From: Candidatus Daviesbacteria bacterium
Lineage (GTDB): Bacteria > Patescibacteriota > Microgenomatia > Daviesbacterales > UBA10151
Length of the DNA: 62,956 nucleotides
Direction of reading: 5' to 3'
Assembly (NCBI GenBank): GCA_016187025.1
Contig: JACPKM010000002.1
Location: 1 to 62,956 of the forward strand
A program made the translations under genes and the position numbers. The number at the start of each line of letters is the position of its first letter. Position 1 is the stretch's first letter. Shown one piece after another: positions 21,181 to 30,613 of the stretch. The notes beneath the pieces are model-generated. The model was not told the DNA's origin. It ran no database searches and was given only the letters and a program-made list of their open reading frames with translations.

Positions 21181-22628
21181 AACTTTTTACAAAACCAATC
21201 TTTTATTTATTGTTAATTGTATTAGGGGCATTTATATTAAGACTGTACAAAATTGATGCTCCTTTGGCAGATTGGCATTCCTGGCGACAAGCAGACACAG
21301 CAGCAGTTACAAGAAACTTTATAAAAGAAGGCTTGAATCCGTTCTTTCCCAAGTTTGATGATATTTCAGCAATTTCTGAAAACCCTTTAGTAAACCCAAA
21401 CCGGTTTCGGTTTGTAGAGTTTCCAATTTATAACATTTTTACCTACCCTCTTTATTTATTTTTTGGCATAAACGAAGCTTATCATCGTTTAGTTTCTGTA
21501 CTTTTTTCTTTAGGCAGCATTGTATTTATTTATCTAATTACAAAAAAATATGCAAATACTTTTGTTGCGCTTCTGTCTGCATTTATATTTGCATTTTTAC
21601 CTTTTAGTATCTTTTTTTCCCGGACTATTTTACCCGAGCCCACTTTTCTATTTTTTTCTTTGGGGATGCTGTATTTTGTAGATAAATGGATTACCAACAA
21701 AGGAAAATCAGTTGCACTGATAGCATATATTTTTACTGCAGTGGCATTTTTAATAAAGCCTTGGGCAATATTTTTTACCCTTCCCGTAATTTATTCTTTT
21801 TTTCAAAAACATCAAAGAATATGGCCTGTTCCTTTAAAATATGTTTTTTTTGTAATTCTCGCTTTGGCACCGTTTTTACTATGGAGGCTTTGGATACTAC
21901 AGCAACCTCAAGGTATTCCTGCATCTAGCTGGCTTTTAAATAGTGATGCAATACGGTTTAAGCCCGCTTTTTGGTGGTGGATAATTTCAGAAAGAATTGG
22001 AAGGGAAATACTGGGAGCAACAGGCGCAGTTTTATTTTATATAGGTATTTTAAAAAGACCAAAAAATTATTTTTTTCACACCTGGCTTATTTCTTCTTTA
22101 CTGTTTATCGTGATTTTTGCAACTGGGAATGTAAGGCATAATTATTATCAAATTTCTTTCGTCCCAATTGCCTCTATTTTTACTGCACTGGGATTTTACT
22201 ATCTTGTTAAGGGCTCAAGAGAGTTAATTGTTAGGCTTTGGACTATACCTGTTGCGATTCTTTTTTTGGCGCTAACGTTTTATTTTACCTGGCTTCAGGT
22301 AAAAGGGTTTTATCAAATAAACAACCCAGTTATTGTTGAAGCTGGTAAAAAAGCGGATCAAATATTACCCAAAGATGCATTGGTTGTTGCTCCCTATAAC
22401 GGAGATACAGCATTTTTGTATCAAACTAACAGAGCTGGGTTTCCCTTTGTTCCTTTACCCGTTCCTGACTTGATTACTCAGTTTGGAGTAACGCATTTTG
22501 TATCTACCTCAAAAGATGATCAGACAAACTGGGTAATGAAACATTTCAAGATTTTAGAGGAAAATGACAAATACGTAATAGTGGATTTGCGAGAAATTAC
22601 AACATCTTTTGACAAGGAGACAATTTAA
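21177..22628 (+). CDS. GT-C membrane glycosyltransferase (PMT_2/ArnT-like)
   Basis: WHSWRQADT, EFPIYN, FFSRTILPE, HNYYQ. Confidence 0.75.
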   Translation: MKLFTKPIFYLLLIVLGAFILRLYKIDAPLADWHSWRQADTAAVTRNFIKEGLNPFFPKFDDISAISENPLVNPNRFRFVEFPIYNIFTYPLYLFFGINEAYHRLVSVLFSLGSIVFIYLITKKYANTFVALLSAFIFAFLPFSIFFSRTILPEPTFLFFSLGMLYFVDKWITNKGKSVALIAYIFTAVAFLIKPWAIFFTLPVIYSFFQKHQRIWPVPLKYVFFVILALAPFLLWRLWILQQPQGIPASSWLLNSDAIRFKPAFWWWIISERIGREILGATGAVLFYIGILKRPKNYFFHTWLISSLLFIVIFATGNVRHNYYQISFVPIASIFTALGFYYLVKGSRELIVRLWTIPVAILFLALTFYFTWLQVKGFYQINNPVIVEAGKKADQILPKDALVVAPYNGDTAFLYQTNRAGFPFVPLPVPDLITQFGVTHFVSTSKDDQTNWVMKHFKILEENDKYVIVDLREITTSFDKETI

Positions 22629-23818
22629 TGAGGGTTCTTATGTTAACCCCTTATCTGCCATTTCCTTTGCTAACAGGAGGTCAAACCCGTTCATATAATT
22701 TAATTAAAAGGCTTTCAGCGCTAGGTCATGAAATTACTTTACTGTGTTTGGTAAAAAATGAAGATGAAAGGAAATATGTTCCAGAACTGCAAAAGTTTTG
22801 TAAAGAAGTACAAGTTTTTATTAGACCCTCAAAACCCTGGACGCTAAATAATATTTTAAGAACCGGTTTTAGCTTTTATCCTTTTTTAGTTATAAGGAAT
22901 TGGGCTCATGGAGAAAAAGCCTTTATAGAAAATATGCTAAAAGTGGAACAATTTGACCTAATTCATGCTGAAACCTTTTATGTTATGCCTCATATTCCAA
23001 AAACAAAAATACCTATTCTGCTTGTGGAGCAGACGATTGAGTATTTGGTATACAGACATTATGTAGAAAAATATCCGCTCCCTTTTATGAAACCGTTTTT
23101 ATATATAGATGTATCAAAGCTTAAATTTTGGGAATTAAAATATTGGAAACAAGCAAATAGAGTTATTGCTATGTCTGAGGAGGATAAAAGGATAATGCTT
23201 AAGATAAGTACAGCCTTAAAGGTTGATATAGTTCCAAATGGAGTCGACAGTGGTTATTTTGACCATAAGATTTCATCTAAGCTGGCAGATCCAGTAGTGC
23301 TATATTTGGGAAACTTTACATGGTTACAAAACAGAGAAGCAGTAAGAATTTTAGTAGACCAGGTTTGGCCTATTATTAAAGCCAAACACCAAAATGCTCA
23401 ATTGTGGATTATAGGAAAAGACGCAGAGAAATTTTTTCCTAAGCTATCAAAGGATGGTATCAGGGTGGAGGAGGTAAAGGATGTGAGAGGTATTTATCAG
23501 CAGGCTAGTGTGCTTGTAGCTCCAATATATGGTGGGGGTGGTACAAGATATAAAAACTTTGAGGCTTTTGCATCAGGCTTGCCTGTAGTGACAACCTCAA
23601 TTGGTATAGGAGGGACAGAGGCAAAAGATGGGGTACATGTTATTATTAGGGACACCCCAGACCAAATAGCCCAAGCAGCTATAGATTTACTAGAAGATGA
23701 GCAAAAGTATCAAGAAATTGCGCGAAACGCAAAAAAACTAGTTGAGCAAAGATATGATTGGGATCCAATCGCCAAAAACTTAAGCATAATTTATGAAGAA
23801 CTTGGACAAAAAACTTAG
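22628..23818 (+). CDS. Glycosyltransferase family 4
   Basis: VPNGVD, GGGTRYKNFEAFASGLPVV. Confidence 0.9.
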   Translation: MRVLMLTPYLPFPLLTGGQTRSYNLIKRLSALGHEITLLCLVKNEDERKYVPELQKFCKEVQVFIRPSKPWTLNNILRTGFSFYPFLVIRNWAHGEKAFIENMLKVEQFDLIHAETFYVMPHIPKTKIPILLVEQTIEYLVYRHYVEKYPLPFMKPFLYIDVSKLKFWELKYWKQANRVIAMSEEDKRIMLKISTALKVDIVPNGVDSGYFDHKISSKLADPVVLYLGNFTWLQNREAVRILVDQVWPIIKAKHQNAQLWIIGKDAEKFFPKLSKDGIRVEEVKDVRGIYQQASVLVAPIYGGGGTRYKNFEAFASGLPVVTTSIGIGGTEAKDGVHVIIRDTPDQIAQAAIDLLEDEQKYQEIARNAKKLVEQRYDWDPIAKNLSIIYEELGQKT

Positions 23819-24677
23819 CATTAGTATAGTTAACTTTAATTCAGGTGAGTACTTAACAGAGTGTTTGAAATCACTTGAAAGGGTCAAAGGTGAGCTAAAT
23901 TTTGATGTTTGGGTTGTAGATAATGCCTCAACAGATGATTCTTTTATTAAGGCGAAAAAACTGTTTCCTCAAATTAACTTAATAGGAAATAAACAAAACT
24001 TAGGGTTTGGAAAGGCTCATAACCAAGTTGCAAAAATAGTTGATACTCAATATATTCTTTTTCTTAATCCGGATACAAAAGTATTACCGGGTACACTAAA
24101 GTTTATGGCAGAGTTAATGGATAAAAATGCTAATATAGGAATATCAGGATGTAGGGTTGAAAAAGCAGATGGGACACTGGACTGGGCATCTCATAGAGGT
24201 TTTCCTACACCTTGGGCCTCATTATTATATCATTTTCTAAAAAATGATTCTTTATATCATCAAACAGACAAAAACATGAGTCAAATCCATGAAGTTGACT
24301 GCTTAGTAGGAGCTTTTATGTTTGCCAGGAAATCAGTTTTAGATAAAGTTGGATATTTTGATGAAGATTATTTCTTATATGCAGAGGATATTGATTTATG
24401 TTTTCGGGTAAAAGAAGCAGGTTTTAAGATCATCTATGCTCCAGATGTTAAAGTTGTTCACTTGAAGGGAGTGAGCAGTGGTATAAAAAAACATTCGCAA
24501 AACATCTCCCAGGCCTCGGCTGAATCCAGAAAAAAATCTCTCGATTACTTTTATTCAACAATGATACTGTTTTATAAAAAACATTTACAATCTAAATACC
24601 CCTTTTTTATCAATTGGTTAGTGTTTTTTGGAATCAAGCTAAAATGGTTTATTGCCAAGCGTAGCTTAACAGTTTAA
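23793..24677 (+). CDS. Glycosyltransferase family 2 (WbbL-like)
   Basis: VDNASTD, LNPD, FLYAEDIDLC. Confidence 0.9.
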   Translation: MKNLDKKLSISIVNFNSGEYLTECLKSLERVKGELNFDVWVVDNASTDDSFIKAKKLFPQINLIGNKQNLGFGKAHNQVAKIVDTQYILFLNPDTKVLPGTLKFMAELMDKNANIGISGCRVEKADGTLDWASHRGFPTPWASLLYHFLKNDSLYHQTDKNMSQIHEVDCLVGAFMFARKSVLDKVGYFDEDYFLYAEDIDLCFRVKEAGFKIIYAPDVKVVHLKGVSSGIKKHSQNISQASAESRKKSLDYFYSTMILFYKKHLQSKYPFFINWLVFFGIKLKWFIAKRSLTV

Positions 24678-24685
24678 GGATTATT

Positions 24686-25798
24686 GTGAAAATTGGAATC
24701 GATTCTAGATTAATCAATGAATCAGGTATAGGAAGGTATATAAGAAACCTTCTTTTTTATCTACAAAAAATAGATAAAGAAAATGAATACTTTATTTTTT
24801 TACTGGAAAAAGATTTTGACAATTCATCATTTAAGAAAAATTTTAATAAGGTTAAGGTTGATTTTGGGTGGTATGGGTTAAGTGAACAATTAAAATTTCC
24901 TAAAATATTAGCAAGATTTAATTTAGACCTTGTTCATTTTCCTCATTTTAATATCCCCATTTTTTTCAACAGCAAATTTATTGTGACAATCCATGACTTA
25001 ATTCATCAGGATTTTCAAATGAGGCGGGCAACCACCAGAGACCCATTTACGTATCAAATAAAAAAGCTAGGCTACAATCAAATATTTAAAACAGCAGTTA
25101 GAAACTCAAGTAAAATTTTAGTGCCTTCAGAACATGTAAGGCAGCAATTAATCGATAGATGGAGAGTAAGCGTTGATAAAATTGTGATAACGCCTGAGGG
25201 AGTTGATGATCAAATTATTAAATTTTCTGAAAATTTATCAACTAGTAAAGTATCAGAAATACTAGATAGGTTGCATATTAAAAAACCATATATATTTTAT
25301 GTAGGAAATGCTCATCCTCACAAAAATATTCAAAGACTTATTGAGAGTTTTTTGTTAATTAAAGAAAAAAGACCAGATTTAAATTTAGTGCTTTCAGGAA
25401 ACAGCCACTATTTTTGGGAGCAAATTATTAAAGAAAATAAAAATAATTCAATTCAGTTTACCGGAAAGGTGACAGATGAGGAGCTTGTGGCTTTGTATAA
25501 GAGTGCAAGCTGTTTTGTGATGCCATCTTTAGAAGAAGGATTTGGTATCCCTCTTTTAGAGGCGTTTTTGTGCAAGTGTCCAGTGGTTTCATCGAGTGCT
25601 GGATCTTTAAAAGAAGTGGGAGGTGACGGGACATTATACTTTGACCCTAAAGATAATGTTGATATGGCGGAAAAAATATTAACAGTTGTTGATGATAAAA
25701 AGGTGCAAAATGAGCTAATCAACAACGGCCTTGGGCAAGTAAGCAAGTTTAGCTGGGAAGATTTGGCTAAAAAAACACTAGAAGTTTATCTAAAATGA
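24686..25798 (+). CDS. Glycosyltransferase family 4
   Basis: PHKN, EEGFGIPLLEA, FSWE; GTG start. Confidence 0.9.
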   Translation: MKIGIDSRLINESGIGRYIRNLLFYLQKIDKENEYFIFLLEKDFDNSSFKKNFNKVKVDFGWYGLSEQLKFPKILARFNLDLVHFPHFNIPIFFNSKFIVTIHDLIHQDFQMRRATTRDPFTYQIKKLGYNQIFKTAVRNSSKILVPSEHVRQQLIDRWRVSVDKIVITPEGVDDQIIKFSENLSTSKVSEILDRLHIKKPYIFYVGNAHPHKNIQRLIESFLLIKEKRPDLNLVLSGNSHYFWEQIIKENKNNSIQFTGKVTDEELVALYKSASCFVMPSLEEGFGIPLLEAFLCKCPVVSSSAGSLKEVGGDGTLYFDPKDNVDMAEKILTVVDDKKVQNELINNGLGQVSKFSWEDLAKKTLEVYLK

Positions 25799-26862
25799 AG
25801 ATTGCTTTAGTTCATGATGACTTGGTTCAATGGGGCGGGGCAGAAAGAGTATTTGAAGGTTTAACAAAAATCTTTCCCGAGGCGCCCATATACACATCTT
25901 TATATGATGAGAATAATGTTGAGCTTTTCAAAAGATTTAAAGGTAAAAGAATAATTACTTCCTTTGTGCAGAAAATACCCGGATGGAGACAAATGTATAA
26001 AGGGCTGCTTCCATTGTACCCAATTGCATTTGAGCAGTTTGATTTTTCAGACTATGACTTTGTTATTTCCCACTCTACCAGGTTTGCCAAAAACATTATA
26101 ACCAAACCAAACACAAGACATTTTTGTTACTGTCATACACCACCCCGTTTTTTATGGAATTTATCTAATGAAAAAGTAAACAATTTACTTGAGCCATATT
26201 TAAGCTTTTTAAGAGTTGCTGATCAAATTTTTTCTAACAGGGTAGATAAATTTTTGGCTGGATCCAAGAATGCTCAAGACAGGATTAAAAAAATTTATCA
26301 CAAAGATTCTGATATCTTATATCCTTTTGTTGATTTGGCACGTTTTCAAAATATAACTGCATTTGATGGTGGGTATATGATGGTGATAGCCAGGCTTAAC
26401 TACTATAAACGAGTAGATTTGGTTATAAAGGCTTGTCAAAAGCTGGATATCCCATTAAAAATTATTGGTTCTGGTTCATTAAAGGATTCACTGGAAAATC
26501 TATCTGAGAAAGGCAATACTCAAATAGAGTTTTTAGAAAATTTAGACGAGAGTATTTTACTAAGAGTTTTATCAGGTGCAAAAGCTTTGATTATTCCAGG
26601 AATTGAGGATTTTGGGTTAGCCTCTTTAGAGGCTCAAGCTTTTGGAAAACCAGTTATTGCTTATGGGCAGGGAGGTGTTTTGGAAACTGTTGTAGAAGGT
26701 AAAACAGGTATTTTTTTTGATAAACAAGATGTTAACTCACTTGTTAGGGCAATAGAAAAACTTGAAAATTTAAACATTGATCCAAACGCATGTATTGAAA
26801 ATACTTGCCTTTATAGTTTTGAAAAATTTGAAAAAAATGTTAAAACTATTATCAGTACTTGA
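25795..26862 (+). CDS. Glycosyltransferase family 4
   Basis: WGGAERV, YCHTPPRFLW, EDFGLASLEAQA. Confidence 0.9.
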   Translation: MKIALVHDDLVQWGGAERVFEGLTKIFPEAPIYTSLYDENNVELFKRFKGKRIITSFVQKIPGWRQMYKGLLPLYPIAFEQFDFSDYDFVISHSTRFAKNIITKPNTRHFCYCHTPPRFLWNLSNEKVNNLLEPYLSFLRVADQIFSNRVDKFLAGSKNAQDRIKKIYHKDSDILYPFVDLARFQNITAFDGGYMMVIARLNYYKRVDLVIKACQKLDIPLKIIGSGSLKDSLENLSEKGNTQIEFLENLDESILLRVLSGAKALIIPGIEDFGLASLEAQAFGKPVIAYGQGGVLETVVEGKTGIFFDKQDVNSLVRAIEKLENLNIDPNACIENTCLYSFEKFEKNVKTIIST

Positions 26863-26904
26863 TAGTTAAAAATTTCAGGGTTAGACTATGTTCACTTAAT
26901 TTTT

Positions 26905-27534
26905 ATGCTATATGATTTTTTAAAAAGGGCACTGGATATAATTGTATCAGCAGTGTCTTTGGTTTTTCTTTCACCTTTAGTTTTAATCATTGCATTGGCA
27001 ATCACACTTGATTCCAAAGGGCCTATTTTCGCAGAAACCCCAAAAAGGGCTGGTAAAACAGGCAAGTTATTTAATATATATAAGTTTCGTTCTATGGTGG
27101 AGAACGCCCAAGAAATTTTAGACAATAACCCGCAACTTCTTGAGGAATATAAGAAAAATAATTACAAAATTTTTAAGGATCCCAGGGTTACTAGAGTAGG
27201 AAAGTTTATAAGGAAGTACTCACTTGATGAATTTCCGCAAATTGTAAATATTCTAAAAGGAGAAATGAGTATGGTAGGGCCGAGAGCCTACTATCCGTAT
27301 GAGCTGGAAGAGCAATCGATGAAATATCCCCAGTCTAGAAAGTATGTTAAAATAATTTTATCGGGTAAACCCGGTCTAACTGGGGTTTGGCAAGTATCTG
27401 GAAGGTCCAATATTAACTTTGAGAAAAGAGTGGAGATGGATGCAAAATACGTTGAAAGACGCTCAATTTTATACGACTTCTGGATTATGCTCAAAACTAT
27501 TCCTGCAGTACTTTCTGGAAGGGGGGCAGTATGA
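26905..27534 (+). CDS. Priming phosphoglycosyltransferase (Bac_transf, PglC/WbaP C-terminal type)
   Basis: KRALDI, KFRSM, DPRVT, RKYSLDEFPQ, GPRA, KPGLTGVWQVSGRS. Confidence 0.92.
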   Translation: MLYDFLKRALDIIVSAVSLVFLSPLVLIIALAITLDSKGPIFAETPKRAGKTGKLFNIYKFRSMVENAQEILDNNPQLLEEYKKNNYKIFKDPRVTRVGKFIRKYSLDEFPQIVNILKGEMSMVGPRAYYPYELEEQSMKYPQSRKYVKIILSGKPGLTGVWQVSGRSNINFEKRVEMDAKYVERRSILYDFWIMLKTIPAVLSGRGAV

Positions 27535-29408
27535 TTAATCTAACAAAGAAACTAGAACGAAAACCTAAAAGTATACAATCGCGTAAAAAAAGATGGTTGA
27601 TTGTTTCAGGCATTTTAATATTTATCTTTCTTATTACTACTTTTTTGGCTGTTAGAGGAGTTTACACAGCAGGTAAGGGATTATCATCTCACGGTAAAGC
27701 TTTGGCAACTGCGGTCAATTCGCAAAACTATGATTTAATTCTACAAGAAGTAAAAGAAACCCGTTCGTCCTTGGGAGCAATTAACACATCGTTAAACTTT
27801 CTTTTCTGGGCAAATTTTATTCCCTTTATGAACGGTTATTATTCCGATGCAAAGAAGTTTTCTGCCGCTGGACTAGAAGATCTTGTTGCTGTTGAAACCA
27901 TATTAAACAAATTAGAACCACAAAAGAAAGAGCTAGGGTTTAACAATCAGCCTTTAGCTGGACAAGATAGAATAGCTCAAGGTATCAAGCTTTTGAAAGC
28001 ATCAATTCCTCATTTAGATTCTGTAGAGAAAAACTTTGACAAAGCATCTGATTTGGTAAAAGATATTAATACTCAAAAATATCCTGAAGAGTTCAAGGGG
28101 GTTAAAGTTAGAGATTTGTTAACTAGCAGTAAAAACTTTATTATCGGTGCGAGCCTTGCAGTTACCAAAAATAGAGATGCTTTAGTAGTTGCACCATCTG
28201 CACTTGGAGAGCCTTCAGCTAAAAACTACTTAATGCTTTTCCAAAATGATAAAGAAATTAGACCAACTGGAGGATTTTTGACTGCTTTTGCCACTTTAAA
28301 AGTAGATAGAGGACAAATCAGTACTACCACATCAGATGATATTTATAGGTTAGATGAAAGACTGCTTGCAACCTGTGAGAGCAAAATCTGTCCCCTATCC
28401 CCGCCTGCTCCAATTGTTAAATATTTACCAGAGGTGGATGGTAAACCAAGAAAAGCTTGGAGCATGAGGGATTCAAATATCTCACCTGATCTTTCAGTAT
28501 CAGCAAAAGAATTCGAGAGAATGTTTCAACTTTTAGGCCAGGGGTTACCTTTTGATGGAATTATTTATATAGACACCCAGGTTGTAGAAGAGATCATTGA
28601 GGTTACTGGACCAATTGAGGTATTAGGAACAAAATATTCTGCAGAGATGGATAAAAGATGTAATTGTCCTAATGTTATTTACGAGTTAGAAAATTATGCA
28701 GAGATCGCTGCAAAAGGCGAACAGGACAGAAAAGCAATTTTGGGTGTTTTAATGCAGCAAATCCTAACCCGGGCATTAGGAACAGATGTTGAAAAAATGC
28801 CTCAGCTTGTTGAAACCGTTGCCCGTTTAGCAAATCATAAACACGTAATTTTTTATATGCATGATGATAATACTCAGCAAGCATTAGCAAAGCTTAACTG
28901 GATTGGAGAGGTAAAGAAATTTGGTGGTGATTATTTGCATATAAATGATTCAAACTTTGCTGGAGGAAAGTCTAATCTTTATGTAAATCAAACTGTTACA
29001 CAAGAAATAAACACCCAAAAGAATGGAACAGTTAAGAAAAAGATTACTATTGAGTATAAAAACCCGCAACCCTTTAACACATGGTTAAATGGAATCAACA
29101 GGGACTATGTAAGATTTTACGTTCCAAAAGGAAGTAAGCTTTTATCTTCAAAAGGATCTGAGGACAAAGTAAATACAATTGAGGATTTAGATAAAACAGT
29201 TTTTGAAGCATTCGTGACTGTCAGGCCTCAAAACTCCAGAAAACTTGAGCTGGAGTATGAAGTTCCATATGATCCAAAAGGAAGTTACAAATTAATGATA
29301 CAAAAGCAACCCGGCGCAAAAGATTTTAAATATAAGATTAAATTAAACGGTAAACAGGTGGAGGATTTTATACTAGATATGGACAAGGAATTTAGATATG
29401 AATTGTAA
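27531..29408 (+). CDS. DUF4012-type membrane-anchored extracytoplasmic protein
   Basis: Single TM, helical stalk, FQNDKEIRPTGGF, RDSNISPD, DGIIYID, GGKSNLY motifs. Confidence 0.75.
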   Translation: MINLTKKLERKPKSIQSRKKRWLIVSGILIFIFLITTFLAVRGVYTAGKGLSSHGKALATAVNSQNYDLILQEVKETRSSLGAINTSLNFLFWANFIPFMNGYYSDAKKFSAAGLEDLVAVETILNKLEPQKKELGFNNQPLAGQDRIAQGIKLLKASIPHLDSVEKNFDKASDLVKDINTQKYPEEFKGVKVRDLLTSSKNFIIGASLAVTKNRDALVVAPSALGEPSAKNYLMLFQNDKEIRPTGGFLTAFATLKVDRGQISTTTSDDIYRLDERLLATCESKICPLSPPAPIVKYLPEVDGKPRKAWSMRDSNISPDLSVSAKEFERMFQLLGQGLPFDGIIYIDTQVVEEIIEVTGPIEVLGTKYSAEMDKRCNCPNVIYELENYAEIAAKGEQDRKAILGVLMQQILTRALGTDVEKMPQLVETVARLANHKHVIFYMHDDNTQQALAKLNWIGEVKKFGGDYLHINDSNFAGGKSNLYVNQTVTQEINTQKNGTVKKKITIEYKNPQPFNTWLNGINRDYVRFYVPKGSKLLSSKGSEDKVNTIEDLDKTVFEAFVTVRPQNSRKLELEYEVPYDPKGSYKLMIQKQPGAKDFKYKIKLNGKQVEDFILDMDKEFRYEL

Positions 29409-29414
29409 CCTTAT

Positions 29415-29936
29415 ATGTTTAATATAGAAGGAATAGAAACGAGAATTAGAGATATAAGACGAGGATTTAATAGCGTTAGGTCTTTTGTAGGAAGAAATAA
29501 AGACGCATGGCCTCTAATAATTGTGGTTGGTGTACCGCTTGGTTTGACTGGACTGGAGTATGGATTTATAGTTCCTCAAAGAGCTGCAGCGAATACTGCA
29601 AGATTATCGGCGCTTTATAATGAAAGAAGTACAGCAGAAGCAACAAGAGTTGCACAACAAGAAGCATTAAGAAAAGACTTTGAAGATACCGGAGGAGTAG
29701 ATCTTGACTATGAGAATCTATCTAGTGTACTAATCAGATTAAGAGCTAGTGCTAAATTGGCAAAGTCAAGAGAAGATGTTATAGCAGAAGCTTTTACAAG
29801 AGTGAATAATACCACGGGCTGTCTAATTTCTAGTACGCTTTATTTACCAGAAGAAAGAGGTAAGCAACCTATACGAAATGAGGCATACGTTTTAACATTA
29901 AATTGTGGATCTACCCCTACTGTTATTTCTCAGTAA
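29415..29936 (+). CDS. Hypothetical single-TM protein
   Basis: 173 aa; basic N-terminus, one TM, helical segment, two Cys near the C-terminus. Confidence 0.65.
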   Translation: MFNIEGIETRIRDIRRGFNSVRSFVGRNKDAWPLIIVVGVPLGLTGLEYGFIVPQRAAANTARLSALYNERSTAEATRVAQQEALRKDFEDTGGVDLDYENLSSVLIRLRASAKLAKSREDVIAEAFTRVNNTTGCLISSTLYLPEERGKQPIRNEAYVLTLNCGSTPTVISQ

Positions 29937-29979
29937 GATATCACATAAATAAAAGGATCTCTAATATAGAATTGGGCAG

Positions 29980-30612
29980 ATGAAAGCATTTAAAACAGAA
30001 GGGATTATTTTAAAAAGAAAAAACTTTGGTGAAGCAGATAGAATTTTAACTGTTTTTACTTTACATAAAGGAAAAGTGTCAGTGCTGGCAAGAGGTGTCA
30101 GAAAAATTACCTCAAGAAGAGCTGGAAATGTGGAACTTTTAAATAGGGTTACCATCTATCTTCATCCCGGAAAAAACTTCATGATTTTAACTGAGGCAAG
30201 CGCAATTAATACATTTCAGCCTCTCAAAGAAGATTTAACCTTGTCTACTTATGCTTACCATTTAATTGAAACAACAGATAAATTAACTGCAGAAAACCAG
30301 GAAAATCCCCTACTGTATGCTGACTTAGTAGATGTATTGTCAAGGCTATCTAAAAAGCCCAGGCAGCTTTTAATAAGAGCATATGAAACAAAAATGTTAA
30401 CACATACGGGTTTTTGGTCCTTAGAAAATTTAAAAGATATTAGTAGTGAAATTAAAAATCTTCTTAAAATATTAGAACTTGGAAGTTGGGAGAAAATAGA
30501 AAAATTAGAGATTAATCAAAGACAAGCTCTGGAAATAGAAAGAATTCTAAGGTATTATCTAGAGAAGGTAATAGAAGGGCCTTTAAAAAGCAGGCAATTT
30601 CTAAAAAAATAG
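29980..30612 (+). CDS. recO: DNA repair protein RecO (no Zn finger)
   Basis: EGIILKRKNFGEADRILTVFT...ARGVRK N-terminal OB motif. Confidence 0.9.
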   Translation: MKAFKTEGIILKRKNFGEADRILTVFTLHKGKVSVLARGVRKITSRRAGNVELLNRVTIYLHPGKNFMILTEASAINTFQPLKEDLTLSTYAYHLIETTDKLTAENQENPLLYADLVDVLSRLSKKPRQLLIRAYETKMLTHTGFWSLENLKDISSEIKNLLKILELGSWEKIEKLEINQRQALEIERILRYYLEKVIEGPLKSRQFLKK

Positions 30613-30613
30613 T

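Noticed and set aside
29415-29936. Type IV pilin call
   Set aside because: The only GF (RRGFNSVR) lacks Glu+5 and is not followed directly by the hydrophobic helix.
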